Shown here one piece after another: positions 21,481 to 21,761 of a DNA stretch of 21,761 nucleotides. The position numbers and the translations under genes are program-made. The notes beneath the pieces are model-generated. The model saw nothing but the letters and a program-made list of their open reading frames with translations, was not told the DNA's origin and made no database searches. The DNA comes from a bacterium (GTDB lineage Bacteria > SAR324 > NAC60-12). Location: assembly GCA_965233585.1 (NCBI GenBank), contig CBDDTI010000628.1:1-21761 (forward strand). Reading direction: 5' to 3'. Numbering within the stretch: the stretch's first letter is position 1; every line of letters starts with the position of its first letter.

Positions 21481-21761
21481 GATTTATCCGGACTAACCAG
21501 TCCCAAAAACTGGTTTCTGCACAATACCGCATTGAACTCGCTTGGACTTGCCCCATTGTTTTCACAAAATCTATTATTTGTTCAAAATAAAAGCGCGTTT
21601 ACTACCGAATGCATCATTCACAAACTGTGAGACTGAGTAGCAGTCATGGCTTTCAACAAGTTCACCACTTTGGATGATCGAAACCGGACTCTTTTAACCG
21701 CGTTTGGTTCAGATAGAATCTATCATGTTTTTATTTGAACGCTCAGCTTTGATGAGAGAGA

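Overview
Eukaryotic, AT-rich, repeat-dense animal DNA. The repeat types and the gene family suggest a cnidarian, probably a stony coral; this is inference, not proven. Only one intact host coding region is supported: a minus-strand ORF (4079-4873) encoding a DZIP3-type HEPN domain with an intact R-N-x4-H putative RNase motif followed by a coiled coil. It is probably one exon (about 4891-4159) of a larger innate-immunity-type gene. Most of the rest is nested mobile DNA whose ends and target-site duplications (TSDs) can be read directly: three Kolobok-like TTAA elements, three 9-bp-TSD elements (AcademH-like), palindromic MITEs, a Mutator-like element holding a decayed Penelope retroelement (RT + GIY-YIG) with a variant hammerhead-ribozyme motif, a decayed Crypton-type tyrosine recombinase cut by a 1.07-kb inverted repeat with near-perfect arms, hairpin-bearing small repeats, and 3' ends of LINEs. 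Most short ORFs in the supplied track are spurious readings of these repeats. Family assignments come from motif recognition only; no database search was run.
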